A DNA stretch of 64,000 nucleotides from Squalus acanthias (lineage: Eukaryota): assembly GCA_030390025.1 (NCBI GenBank), contig CM059425.1, positions 166,906,001 to 166,970,000 of the forward strand, read 5' to 3'. The position numbers and the translations under genes were made by a program. Positions 51,818 to 63,808 of this stretch are shown in pieces. Below the pieces are notes generated by a model. The model saw nothing but the letters and a program-made list of their open reading frames with translations, was not told the origin of the DNA and searched no databases. Numbering within the stretch: the first letter of the stretch is position 1; each line of letters opens with the position of its first letter.

Positions 51818-52712
51818 GGGGGAAAAATTAGGTCGCGCCCCATTTGGGGCGCAAATATCGTCTGGACGCAAATATTAGCGCCTGGCGCTAATTATCGGCA
51901 CTGACTGGAAACTTCACTTTTACCGCCCCGGGAGGTGAGTGGAGCGCTAAATCAGGCGCTGCACACCTGTCTTAAGGCGCAAAGGCCAAGGAGTGAGGCG
52001 CTAACTCAGAGCGCTGGCGAAGCTCATGTAATGTCAGTCAGCAATGGAACACACACACAATGGCACGGGCCAGTTCTTAAAGGGGATGGTTAATCTTGCT
52101 TTCCATCCACATCCTGTTCATTGCAGCCTTGAATCTCGGCCTGGAGAGACTTGCACATCAAATGTGCTGGAAAGAACAATGGAGAGTACCAGGCAAAGAG
52201 CTCAGAGTGCAGCTCCCACAGTCTCTGCTAAATCGATACAAGGAATGGCAAATCAAAATGAACCTGCAAAGTGCTGCTCAGTACCCAAAACTCCTTCACA
52301 CAACGTTGAATCTCTCCAGAAGTCTCTCCCTCTCTCTCTCAGAATGCGTAGTTCAAAAATGCCACCAACAATAAAAGACAGGAAGAGGCCCCCTTTAAAT
52401 AGCGCCCCCCCCCCAGCCCCACAGCGATTGATAGCGTTCCAGTCTTCTGGTCGTTGGATGCGCCAGGCGGTAAGGCAGGGGGCGCCACTCAATTTCCGCT
52501 CCGGGGCGCCACAAGGGCGTTGCACCATGGAATGACGTCACAATCTGCGCGCGCAGGTGGTCACAGCGGTAAAGTTTAGCGCCGCTGCACAATCTCTAGT
52601 TAAGTTCCCGAGCGGCGCAAACATCGCTGCGCCCGGGCGTTAGCGGCTTTGCGCCCCATTAGTGTCCTCTTAAGGCGCTAACGGGAGGCGCAACCAACTG
52701 AATTTTTACCCC
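51818..52712. mobile_element. GC-rich Harbinger-type MITE (family B)
   Basis: TIRs gggggaaaaatt / aatttttacccc; flanks ATT/ATA; splits CR1 at agaggc|ata|gagtac. Confidence 0.9.
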
Positions 52713-53226
52713 ATAGAGTACAAAAGCCAGGAAGTTATGCTAAACCAATATAAAACACTAGTTTGGCCCCAGCTTGGAGTATTGCGTCCAATTCTGGGCA
52801 CCACACTTTAGGAAGGACGTGAAGGCTTTGGAGAGGGTACAGAAGAGATTTACTAGAATGCTTCCAGAGATGAGGGAATACAGTTACGTGGATAAACTGG
52901 AGAAGCTGGGATTGTTCTCCTTGGAGCAGAGAAGGCTAAGAGGAAATTTGATAGAGGTGTTTAAAATAATGAAGGGTTTAGATAGAGTAAATAAGGAGAA
53001 ACTGTTTCCAATGGCTGTAGAGTCGATAACGAGAGGGTACAAATTTAAGGTGGTTGGCAAAAGATTCACAGGTGACATGAGGAAAAACTTTTTTACGCAA
53101 CAACTGGTTAGGATTTGGAATGCACTGCCTGATAAGGGTGGTGGATACAAATTCAATTGTAGCCTTCAAAAGGGAATTGGATAAATACTTGAAGGACAAA
53201 TAATTGCAGGGATATGGGGAAAGAGT

Positions 53227-54839
53227 TGTAAAATTCGCAAATTATCGCGATTTCGAAATAACGAGAAAGAGAGACACAGATTCGTTAAAACAGTTTTATT
53301 TCAGCAAAATGCTGTCAGGTTTCAAAACGGAGACAAGAAGCCTGTAAAATGGCCACCGCGCCTCGTGGCAGAAGTTTCTAGACTTTCAGTAGGCAGACAA
53401 GATGGCGTTTCAATAAACATTTCAGCAAGATCGGACAATGCTCAGCATATATTGATATAAGACAAGACGCGATCGTTTTGCATTTTTGACACCTAAGCAA
53501 GAAATATAAGTGCTGGAATCGGTTTTCCATACACAAACGAGGGCTATTGTACTGAGCAATCAAGGGCCCATCCAAAGACATTGATACGCAAATTCCCCGC
53601 GGCTCTACGATGAGAGAGCCGTTCGCGGGTACTCACAGCAAGAATTCGGAGGCCCCCAAAACCCCTCCAGGGAGACTCCTAGCCGGTTCCACAATGGGAG
53701 AAATATTAATGGGTACTTAGACAGTTACAAGTATCACCGAAACCCATTAACGACAAGAACCACCCCATACAAGAAGTTTGAGCGCCAAAACATGACAAAA
53801 GATGAACATTAAGTTTGGGCGGGAGATAAGGAATTACAGTACTATAACTGTAGTGTCCAAACGTCCATCGCTCTCTTATCCTTTTCATTCGCTTGGAATC
53901 GTCTCTTGGCTCTTATCCCGGATGACCGTTATTCTCTCTTGTTCCGCTGATCCCTTTTGGGGCCGACCTCGTGGTGCGCTGCGAAATCGGGTGCACCATC
54001 CCGAAGGTCGGTAAACGGTGTCTGGACCCGAAGGCCCGAGGAGATGAGATGAGATGAGAAGAGAAGAAGAAGAATCCACGTGCCGCCGCGGTCAGTAAAC
54101 CCCGACCGCGCCCGTAAATATAAAGACCATTTTTGAACTCTACAGGTTACTGCATGAACTGGTCAAAGACTCTTCTTTGAATTCTACCGGCTAACTGGTG
54201 TCGGTCCAGAAAGACTTTTCTTTGAGTTCTACAGCCGGGCCCGAGCACTGTCGAGTTCTTCATGACAACGGGGAGCCCAGCCTGCTTGCAGCAGCAGAGA
54301 AAATAAACAAGTGGGGTACAGAGACCCCTGGTCAACACGTGAACGGTCAGGTGTTGCAGTGAAAACAGCCGAGCACCGTTTTAGAATTCTCCGAGGTATT
54401 ACGAGTGGTGAGCATGTTTCTCGATCCTACAGAGCTAGATTAGAGCAGACATTGATAGGGGAGGGGGGTTTATTAAGGATAATTATAATGTGTGTCCCCT
54501 TTTACGATGTGTCGTGCGCTCCTCATTTCCCAAAACCTAGTTTAATAAATGTATGTAAGCTTGTACTGTCATTAATCTGTGCTTATGACATGTATTTCAT
54601 AATTCTGAACAATATGCAATAAAGATTTCCATTTCGTACTATTCGACCGGGTCTACCTGAGTTTTTCTCTGCATTACTGCTCTCGCACCTAAGTCCAGTG
54701 TCAGAACCGTAAGGGCGAGTGGGTCGAACCACTCACAGGTGTTTAGTGCTACAAGGCTGGCTGGAGACCAGAGCAAGCAATAGTATTAGGCAACAAAGGC
54801 CTAACCCCGCACAAGCACCCCGAACCGTAACCCCTTACA
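53227..54839 (+). mobile_element. Solo LTR (1613 bp), ERV- or Gypsy-type
   Basis: TGTAA...TTACA termini; perfect 4-bp TSD GAGT; TATA-like aaatataaa at ~54116 and AATAAA at ~54618 suggest + orientation. Confidence 0.88.
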
Positions 54840-55157
54840 GAGTGGAGGAGTGGGACTAACTGGATTGCTCTTCGAAAGAGCCGCGCAGACTCGATGGGCC
54901 GAATGGCCTCCTTCCGTGCTGTACTATTCTATGATTCTATGAGATTGATAGCTTTTTTGCTAGCCAAGGGTATTAATGGATGTGGAGCCAAGGCAGGTGG
55001 ATGGAGTTAGGATACAGATCAGCCATGATCTCATTGAATGGCAAAACATGCTTGAGGCACTGAATGGCCGACTCCTGTTCCTATGCTCCTATGTTCTACA
55101 CTTTCATACTCAGGTCTTCAAATACAATCTATTGCTATTTTATCTTAGAAGCAAACA

Positions 55158-56340
55158 AACATATGAAAATTGATGGACAGGAAAAGACTTATTGGTCCAT
55201 CCAGCCTGTCCCACACAGTTGTGATTCCTAGTATCTCACAATACATACACTCCCCACCCCACCCAGACCCATGTGATCTCCTGGGAGAGACTAAAAAACA
55301 GGTAAAATCCATGCAATCTGGAGGAAGAAAATCTGGAAAATTCCTCACCGACCCCCTTGGGCAATTGAAACTAGTCCAGCAGACCAGCCAGGCCCTGACT
55401 AATGTTACAGGATGCTTACCTCTTGTGCGGGTTGATCTCATCCCAGGCAGAAATAGGACCAGCTCTTGCTTGACGGAATTCAGCGAATCAGCATTCACTG
55501 CACGAGCCAGCAACCTGTTCCAAAGATCCACTATTACCTGGGCAAAGAAGAACCTCCAAATGTCCTACCTAGTTCTTAAATAACTTGAGAGTGACCCTTG
55601 GTCCTCCCTAACCCATTCAGTTGAAACAACTGATCTACACAACCACAATATAGACCCTTCATCATCTTATAAACCTCAACCAAATGACCCCTAAGTCTAT
55701 GCTTCTCTAAAGCTTAGACACCTAACTCTTTGAGCCTATCTGAGATGCTGTAAACTGGGAATTAATCTAGTGGTCCTCCTCTGCATCCTTTCCAAAGCCT
55801 CAATATCACCCATCATGTGAGGAGACCAAAATTGAACACAGTACAGGAAACTTTCGTTTATCCGGCACCCAAATATCCGGAATTCTCGCTTAACCGGCAA
55901 AAATCATCCTCCGAAAACTCCTCTCAAATAACCGGCAATGTTGCCGAGTCGCAGTCGAGTCTCCGCGAACGCCGAGTGCTCCGAAAAATCCTCTCAAATA
56001 ACCGGCAATGTTGCCGATCCCGAGTCCGAGTCCGAGTCCGCGAACGCCGATTTAGTCAGTAGGGGTACTTTTCAAAAGTGCCACTACTTGGCCTCCTGGC
56101 GCTGTCGCAAGTCCGAAACATTGCAGTAGCATGAGTAGATTCTCCTGTGCTGCTTGGAGTCTCTTTGTTAAAAATAGCCTCGGTAGATATAACTCTCTGT
56201 TATCCGGTACTTTCGATAAACCGGCACCACGCCGGTCCCGTCGATGCCGGATAAACGAAAGTTTCCTGTATTCTAACTGAGGCCAACCAAAATCTTGTAC
56301 AACGGCAAAATGCTGTGCTTAGTTTAGTGAATTGTCTAGT
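55158..56340 (-). mobile_element. Old CR1 3' fragment interrupted by a TA-target MITE
   Basis: Antisense EYCVQFWSP and FF...V.DLWN.L motifs; aattgaacacagta|ttctaactgagg is split by the MITE. Confidence 0.75.
55844..56268. mobile_element. Tc1/mariner-superfamily (pogo/Tigger-like) MITE, 425 bp
   Basis: Perfect 24-bp TIR caggaaactttcgtttatccggca; TA TSD on both sides. Confidence 0.92.
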
Positions 56341-56496
56341 AATTACACCCTAACACCCTTTTCACTTTATCTATATCAGGCTTCTGATTGTAGTAAATAC
56401 CATTTGGTAAGAAAGAATTGCTTGGCTGTGTTACAGTTTGGTTTTCCTGCAGGATTTTTATGTTCATAAGGAAAAAACAGTTTCTATAAACAGTTT

Positions 56497-57545
56497 GGGG
56501 CGCAAAATTGGGATTGTTAGCGCCCGTTGTTTGCTGCTACGAGTGCCCTTAGAGCTCCAAAATGGCATCCGTGACGTGGCGCACACTTGTGGGGCAAATC
56601 ACACCGTATGCCATATTGGTGCAAGTGTTAGCACGGGCGCAGTGAACGTCCGCCGGAAGTATGTAGAGAAAGCAGATCATGACATCAATCAGCGTGCAAT
56701 GCTGATTTGATGCCAGCTGTGCCATTTTGGAGCTCAACACTCCAACTAACTCCCTCTCTTAACCTCGCACAGCTGAACATGCGTTCAGCAGCATGAAGGA
56801 CACCCCCACCAGCTCTATCTACAGGGATCATCAACTACTTACAGGTTAGTTGCTGGTTGATTCTTTTGGCTGTTGGTACAATTGTACAAGTGTTTGTTGC
56901 TTTCTATAGTTGTTCCAAGTTGCAAAAGTCCATAGGGAGTGGTGTGGCAGATGCTGAAGGACCTTTTGCTTGCTTCAAGGCGTCTGCACAAACCATTTGC
57001 TGCCAGACATGGGTGCATTCGTAGCAATTCCCCTTGGAATACAGCATGACTTGGAGAATGAACAGAGGCCATGCAGAGCAGGACAAGCTGCTGGAAGAGG
57101 GAGGAGGAGGTGGAAAAGGGCTCTCAGCAGGAGGCCATATCCACCTAGGATGTTCAGGGAGCAATTCTCCTACTTGAACCTCAGCGAGGAACAATGTGTG
57201 AGATGTCTGAGCTTCACTAAGGACATCCTCACTGAAATCTATCACCTGCTGCAGCCACAACTGCAACCTCAGAGCAGGACAAGGACCGCATTGCCAGTGG
57301 CTGTGAAGGTGACTGTGGCGATGAACTTTTATTCGTCTGGCTCCTTCCAGGCTAGAGCTGGAGATATTTGCAACATCTCGCAGTTTGCCATCCACTGTTT
57401 TGTAAAGGAGGTCATTGAGGCTCTCTATTCCGAGAGAGCTGACTACATTTCATTCTCTCTTGCCAGAGACCAGCATGCGGAAGGAGCATGTAGCTTTGCT
57501 CGGATTGCAGGCTTCCCCATGGTGCAGAGTATCATTGACTACATG
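56497..57545 (+). mobile_element. PIF/Harbinger 5' half with open transposase N-terminus
   Basis: Starts ggggcgcaaaatt; ORF 56970..57641 has RRPYPPRMFRE, LPVAVKVTVAMNFYSSGSFQ, ISQFAIH, GFPMVQSIID, then runs into unrelated DNA. Confidence 0.88.
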
Positions 57546-58299
57546 CTAATGTTAAGCTGTGCACAGGAGCAAGAAGACAAAAATTTACCCATTAAAGTAC
57601 CTGTAAAAGACACAGCCATATACAATTTATTTAAAATATAATACAAAGCTCCAATTAATTTCCAGATCAATCAATCTGATCTGGTAAAATAGAAATTCAC
57701 CTCCAGGTCTTCATTTTTCATTTTGATAAGGCGAGGCAGCTTCCATTTTAACTGTATGAAATAAATGACAGAAATCTGCCTTTTTTGGCACAGACTTTGG
57801 TTTAGACCATGAAATATTGTATCAAGAACAAAATGAATAGCATATTACTTCTGTAACAATGTGCTATGGCTGTCAGTAATTTGTGATCTACTATGTATGA
57901 TATATAACTATTTACTAGATTTGAATAATTCTGCTTACAATCTGAGGGGTTCACTAATTACCAAGTTTAAAGTAACATCATAAAGGTTACAATGAAGTTG
58001 GGAATATTTTTCTTGCTTTCTGCAGTCCAGGCCATTGCACATCTCCTTCCTGAATGAATAATTTCCAGGAAACACCGTTGCCGTAATGCCATTGCAACAT
58101 GACATTACATCCATGAGGTATTCTTGCAGGAACTTCTTAAGTGCCCAAATTTCATAAAACAAGTCCATATACCTTTTGAGAGGCATACAACATGATGAAA
58201 AATAAAATCACTTGCAGAATCCAGTGCTGAAGTGGAGTTATTGAAGCGCTGAATTGATGAATTCTGCTTTAAGATTTCAAAAATAACTGGTTCTGTAAC

Positions 58300-58412
58300 A
58301 GGGAAAAAGCAGTTTCAAACCTTGTATCAATTAGTTAAAGTCTTACTTTTCCTGACACACAGTAATGCTGACTGTAAACATTTATTCAGTATGATCAGGA
58401 ACAAAATATAAG
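58300..58412 (+). pseudogene. Possible hAT transposase C-terminal dimerization-domain remnant
   Basis: Reads FQTLYQLVKVLLFLTHSNADCKHLFSMIRNK, resembling the P.SNA.CER.FS motif. Confidence 0.45.
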
Positions 58413-58634
58413 AGATTTATTCATTTTTCTAACCGTGAGGTAAAAGTTAAGTTCTGTTTTCAAATTTGTGAGGTTACTGAACAGATTTGTTACTTCTTAC
58501 ACATTCATAATGTTTGTCTTCTAGATTTTCATTTTGCAGAAATTATAAACAATTCAAATGTTTATGAAAGTGTTTAAAGGCAGTGATATAGTTTAAGATT
58601 CAAAAGACTACACAAGTTTTCATCCAGCTCCTTC

Positions 58635-59250
58635 AATGTGGTAGCATTCTCACCTCTGCCAGAAGCATTTGGGCTCAAGCCCTACTGAAGGACTTAAGCA
58701 TGTAATCTAGGTTGACACTTCAGTACAGTACTGAGAGAGTGCTGCATTGTTGGAGATGCCAGAGTATAAATTCACCGGCCCCCAGTTTTGGGCGTGAAGG
58801 CAGCAATACGGCCACAATGCGCATTCAGCAATACGGCCACAATTCGCATTCAAACCGGGAGGCCTGAGGCCTAATTGTAGGCCAGCCTCGGGACTTATTA
58901 ATATTAATTGGGCGAGCTGCCTGTTTTTAAAACTTACATTTTGGTGGAGGTTGCCCAGCAACTGCTTAAGAGTCCAAAGCAGAACAGACCCAGAGGTCTA
59001 AAACAGGTGTTAGGCCCCTCATCTACATATGTAAGGGGCCTAATGCCTCTTTTAGGTGATGACGAGGAACATCTGAAAAATCGCCCGACCCAATATCGGG
59101 TCCAACATGATTTAGGTGTGGGACATTGGTCCCCGAAATTAGCCTTCATAAAATGGGCACAAGGTCCAATTTCTACCCCGTTGTCTTTCAGATGAGACAT
59201 TAAATTGAGGCCCTGTCTGCTCTTGCATGTGGACATAAAAGATTCAGTGC
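58635..59250 (+). mobile_element. DeuSINE 5' part interrupted by a family D MITE (58761-59179)
   Basis: Head matches 7780-7880; ggagatgcc|...|gtctttcagatgagacattaaa resumes; MITE ends ggtccaatttctacccc. Confidence 0.75.
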
Positions 59251-60724
59251 CTTCAACATGCAACTCGTTTCCAGCTATTATCCTATTCCAAGTGTAATAC
59301 ATACACTGCACAATAACAATAACCCCATCTACATTTATAAATATAGAAATAAGAAGCCTCTTCAAAGCTATTTGAGACGTATGCACAAATAAGCTTTTAC
59401 TGCATTTCATGGGCCATATGAATATGTCAAGAATCAAATTACGTTGTTGGGACATCATTTTTCAATGAATCATTAATCTGCTCACTGTCACTTGTTCCAT
59501 CATATTATTTTCTTTTAACTATATTTATGTTCATGCGTACAGAATATAGATTGACAACAAAACAAGTCATTAAAATGTAGGCTGCAATTTCAGTCTGGTG
59601 TTTCTTGCTGTGCATTAAATATTTTATTAGAAATTACTTTCATGATATACACAGCACAGCAAACATAAATTGTTTGCTTTATAGCTAGTTTTACATTTGA
59701 GGTATTTTTTTTTCTAATTATATAATACTTGGACTAGAAATATGCTTACAACTGTAAATATTCCTTTTTTGAAAATTGAAATTAAACACACGGATTTATT
59801 GAATTAAACATTTTTTTGAGTGTGTATATAATTTTGTATGATAGCTTCATATTTCAGGAAAAGTCATGAGCCTGGAAAGTACTCCATAGCTTCCCCAAAG
59901 GGTGAACATCAAATCAGACTCACCTGAGTCACTCATGTGGCATTGTCAGAAGACTGAGAGCTCGTTGCCTGCCTGTCCACTTTTTGTGTCAGAGAATAAT
60001 ATATGGCATTGGAAGATCTAAAGAGGGGAAGACAATAAATAATAAACAGGACACGTGTTAGGTTAGATTAATGAACAAAGCTTTTACTTTAAAGGGTTCC
60101 GCTCAGACCACTTGATCACAGCTTTTAAATTCAGAAATATCAGGGTTGATAATGTGATATTGGGGTACAATATTATCAGAAATAGAAACCTAAGGCATAC
60201 AAGGTGCCTGATTCGCTCAGCGCAACCCAATGAAGCTGGCACAAAGGAACCTGCACACAAAGGCTGTGAAATTCGGCACCTTAGCGGCGGTTTTGGCAAA
60301 AAAATGGTAGCCGCCTCACTTCCGCACACTTCCGGCACGTCCCACAGCAGCCGCCATTTTGGGCAAGTCAGCAGCACGGCCGTTGCCTGCGCTCACTAGA
60401 AAAATGGTTATGAGGCAGATTGAGATGTCAATCAGTTTGCATTTTGGACGTCGCCGCTCCATTCACGCCCTTTCCAAATCATGACCAGCTGAACATGCTT
60501 TCAGCAGCAGGAAGGACCCCCCCACCTGTGCGACTTAAAGGGATCAGCAACAACTTGCGGCTGACTTGCTTTTTGATTTCTACTCGCTCTGTGTAAGTTT
60601 GTGCAACTGTTTGGAGCTTTCTACAGTTATTTAACGTTGGTGAGGTGACAGGGAGTGGTGCTGCAAGTGGAAAAGGCCTTGCTTCTGATTTAAAGGGTTC
60701 TGCTCAGACCACTTGCTCCCAGTC

Positions 60725-61863
60725 ATGGGGGCTCTACTTACAATTCCCCTTGCACTCGAGTACGACAGGGAGATGGAGCGGAGGCAGCAAAGAAGAGGAC
60801 AAGCTGCTCGCAGAGGGAGGAGGAGGGGGAGGAGGGGCAGGAAAGCTCTCAGCAGGAGGCCATACACACCTAGGGTCTTCCGAGAGCACTTCTCCTGCCT
60901 ACACTTAAGCGAGGAGCAATGTATTAGGAGGCTCTGCTTCACCTAGGAGGTGGTCACAGAACTCTGCCACCTCCTGCAACCAGACCTGCAGCCTCAGACC
61001 AGGGTGACCACCGCTCTCCCAGTGGCAGTCAAGGTCACCGTGGCCCTCAATTTTTTTGTCACTGAATCTTTCTAGTCTGGAGCAGGAGACATAGTTAACA
61101 TCTCCCAGTTCGCCGTCCATTGCTGCATCCGGGAGGTCACAGAGGCTCTCTACTCCAGAAGAAGGGACTTCATTGACTTCTCAGAGAGAAGCAGGAGGAG
61201 CGCGCATCTGGCTTTGCTCGGAGATCGGGTTTCCCCATGGTGCAGGGTGGCATCGATTGCACACACGTGGCTTTAAGGGCACCGCATACCAATCCTGAGA
61301 TGTACCACAACCGCAAAGGCTACCACTCACTTAATGTGCAGTTGTTGTGCGACCACGCCCAGTGCATCATGATGGTGAATGCCCGGTATCCTGGCAGCAA
61401 TTATGATGCCTTCATCCTGTGCCTGTCCGGTGTGCCGGCAATCTTCCAGTCACGACGTCGAACCGGGGGGAGGCTGCTCGGAGACAAGGGCTATCCGCTC
61501 TACACCTGGCTGATGACTCCCCTCCGCAACCCCACCACTTGCGGCCAGCAATCATATAATGAGAGCCATACTGCCATGAGGAACCTCATTGAGCAGACCA
61601 TCGGGGTGCTAAAGCAATGGTTCCACTGCCTTGACTGCTCAGGAGGAGCCCTCCAGTCCCATTTCGTGGTGGTCTGCTGCATGTTCCACAACTTGGCCAT
61701 CATTAGGGTGGAGCCCTTGCCATCATGGGTTCTGTGACCACCTCAGGAGGAGGACAAAGAGGATGAGGTGGAGGAGGAAGAGGAGGAAGGGGGGAGGCAG
61801 GCAACAGATCCCCGTCCCGGACAGGCTGTCTGTGAGCGCCTCATCAGAATCCGGTTCCCCTGA
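60725..61863 (+). pseudogene. Harbinger DDE transposase (HARBI1-like), inactivated
   Basis: GIDCTHV, YHNRKGYHSLNVQ, PGSNYD, LLGDKGYPL..WLMTP, YNESH...R..IEQTIGVLK.WF.CLD; in-frame stops at ~60944 and ~61074 and frameshifts. Confidence 0.92.
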
Positions 61864-62095
61864 ATGAAACTCCAGAACCCCGTTTCTCACCATCTTATCA
61901 TCCTTCTGTCACAGAACATCACAGCATCCTCTTGGATACAAAGCTGAAATGAGAGCCACCACAAAACAAACATTCTGAACATAATTTATAAATGAATCAA
62001 TGCAAAACTACACAACATCAACTAATCACCCTTGTGTATTCACTTAATGTCTATCTCTCGTATTCCTTTGCCTACTTTAGTGCTCCTACGTAGTG

Positions 62096-63808
62096 TTACC
62101 GCAGTGACTGCAGCATGGCTGGTAGAAAGCTGCTGACTTTCCATGGGGGAAACTGCAGATGGCCTTGCAGGACGACCTTGAGCAGCTCTGGGCCTACAGG
62201 CCCGGCTGTAGACTGCACCACCTCGGCATGGGCAACAGCAGTCTGGGCTGGCTGGATGAGAGACTGCAGCAAGGGCACTGACGGAGTGGATGTGGTGGGA
62301 ATAGGAATGCTGTCATCCTGAGAGAGGACAGCAGGTTCTTGCTCCACGGAGCCACTGCCACTCCCCCAAGGAGGCACCTCAGCATTCCTAGCCATCTGTT
62401 GGGAACAGATTGCTGGAGTGCTGTGAGGCCCTGCAAGCCCCTTTCAACACTTGTAAACCCAGCTATGATGGCAGCAGTCTGAGTTTGCGTGGCAGCAAAC
62501 TGAGCCTGCATGAGAGCAGTCTGAGCTTCCAGTGCAGCTTCCGCTTGTGCTGCAATGGAAGCTGTGACATCGCCCATCACACCCAGCATCATGGTTGGGT
62601 CACAAGGTCTCTCATGGAGTTGCCCATCATTTTCATATTGGAAATCGTAGACTCCAAGCTCCACACAAAGCCCCGTGCAATGTTGGAGCCGGACTCCTCC
62701 AGAACATTCTTATGCTCCTTGACACTGACAAGAGGCTCTCCGGCAAGCCTGCCACTGCACCAACCATTTCTGTGTGCATGCCCAACCCCCTTCTTCTGAA
62801 GGCCACCCCATCAAAGTCATCATCTGAGATCTGTGGAGCAAAATTTGTGTCCGAACATGCCCACCGGGTAGCTGGCACCCAAGCTACCCTTTCCCCCGGC
62901 CTTGCTGCAGCCCACTCATGCCCGGTGACTCACCATGTGTAGATCCCGCCTCTGTACACGCAGTGCCATTTTCTGAGCTGGTGTCTGGGAGTGTCAGATC
63001 GAGGGGGGGAAAGCAGGTTTTGTATGCTTACACCATCAGCAGCTTGTAAGTTTGAAGACATTGTGGGTTGAGGGGGAAGTAGGATGTGAGAAGAAGGATT
63101 AGGTATGAGCATACCATCATCAGCAATGCTTTCAACCTCACTGCTCGCCACGGCCTCAGTGATGGCCCCTTCAATGATCTCCAGCACTGTCTTCTCCAGC
63201 TCAGTGAGGTTCTGAAGATGGGCTTCCCCTCAGCCTGTCTGCTGCTGCTCACATCTGTTGTGTGCCACCTTGTCCTGCAAGAGAAAGGGAAGTGTGCCAG
63301 TGAGTGTGGTGCAGTGTCTTTGGGTGATGTGCCTGTCATGGTTGAATAACTGGCAGTGTGCGCAAGGTGTGAGATGTGGGTGTGAGGCTTGCAGCAGTGG
63401 TAAGTGTGTGAGGGTGAGGTGAAGCTATGATTGTGAGGTATGTGAGGTATGAGTCGTGATTGCTAGAGATTGTTGGTAGGTGAGTGATGGGGGTGTGGTG
63501 CATGGAGCAGTGTGTGAGGCTAGTGGTGCAGTTAGTGGAATATGGCATTTGAAGATGCAGTCACTCACCTTGACCACTTGTGTGAGGTCATTAGGCTTCT
63601 TGCGGCGCTGGATCCTGGTCCTGGAGGCAACACTCATGGCACTGATGGCTGCTGCTATCTCCTCCCACTGGCTTTTGGCGTGCTGCCTGGAAGGCCACCT
63701 GCACACCTCCAGGTAGAGAACCTGTCGTCTTCTGTGCACCTCCAGGACTAAGGCCTCCAGTGCTGAATCTGAGAACCTCCTTGCCCCCTCTCTTCCCTGT
63801 TGAGCCAT
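62096..63808 (-). pseudogene. Harbinger Myb/SANT-like gene, spliced, inactivated
   Basis: Exon 1 MAQQGREGARRFSDSALEALV...WEEIAAAIS...KKPNDL ends at 63569 (AAG|gtgagt); exon 2 from 63274 (ttgcag|DKVAHN); later low-complexity/coiled-coil-like segments; stops and frameshifts. Confidence 0.82.

Larger units (their letters stand above)
50202..54941 (+). mobile_element. CR1 LINE, 5'-truncated, interrupted by a MITE and a solo LTR
   Basis: ORFs 50419..51465, 51371..51815 and 52774..53184 are consecutive CR1 ORF2 parts; TTCTATGA tail at ~54927-54941. Confidence 0.93.
50108..55098 (+). mobile_element. Older CR1 3' fragment (50108-50201 and ~54940-55098) split by a younger CR1
   Basis: ...aattttaaatctga at 50201 continues as gattgatagctttttt...agggtatt at 54943, as in the intact copy at 450-500. 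Confidence 0.75.

Noticed and set aside
56970..57641. 223-aa HARBI1-like ORF as a domesticated host gene
   Set aside because: It lies inside a transposon end, stops at the first catalytic motif and continues into unrelated AT-rich DNA; related decayed copies occur in the window.
57939..58172. 234-nt symmetric minus-strand exon
   Set aside because: Splice sites are plausible but no protein was recognised, and the adjacent + strand looks like a decayed hAT transposase; unsupported.
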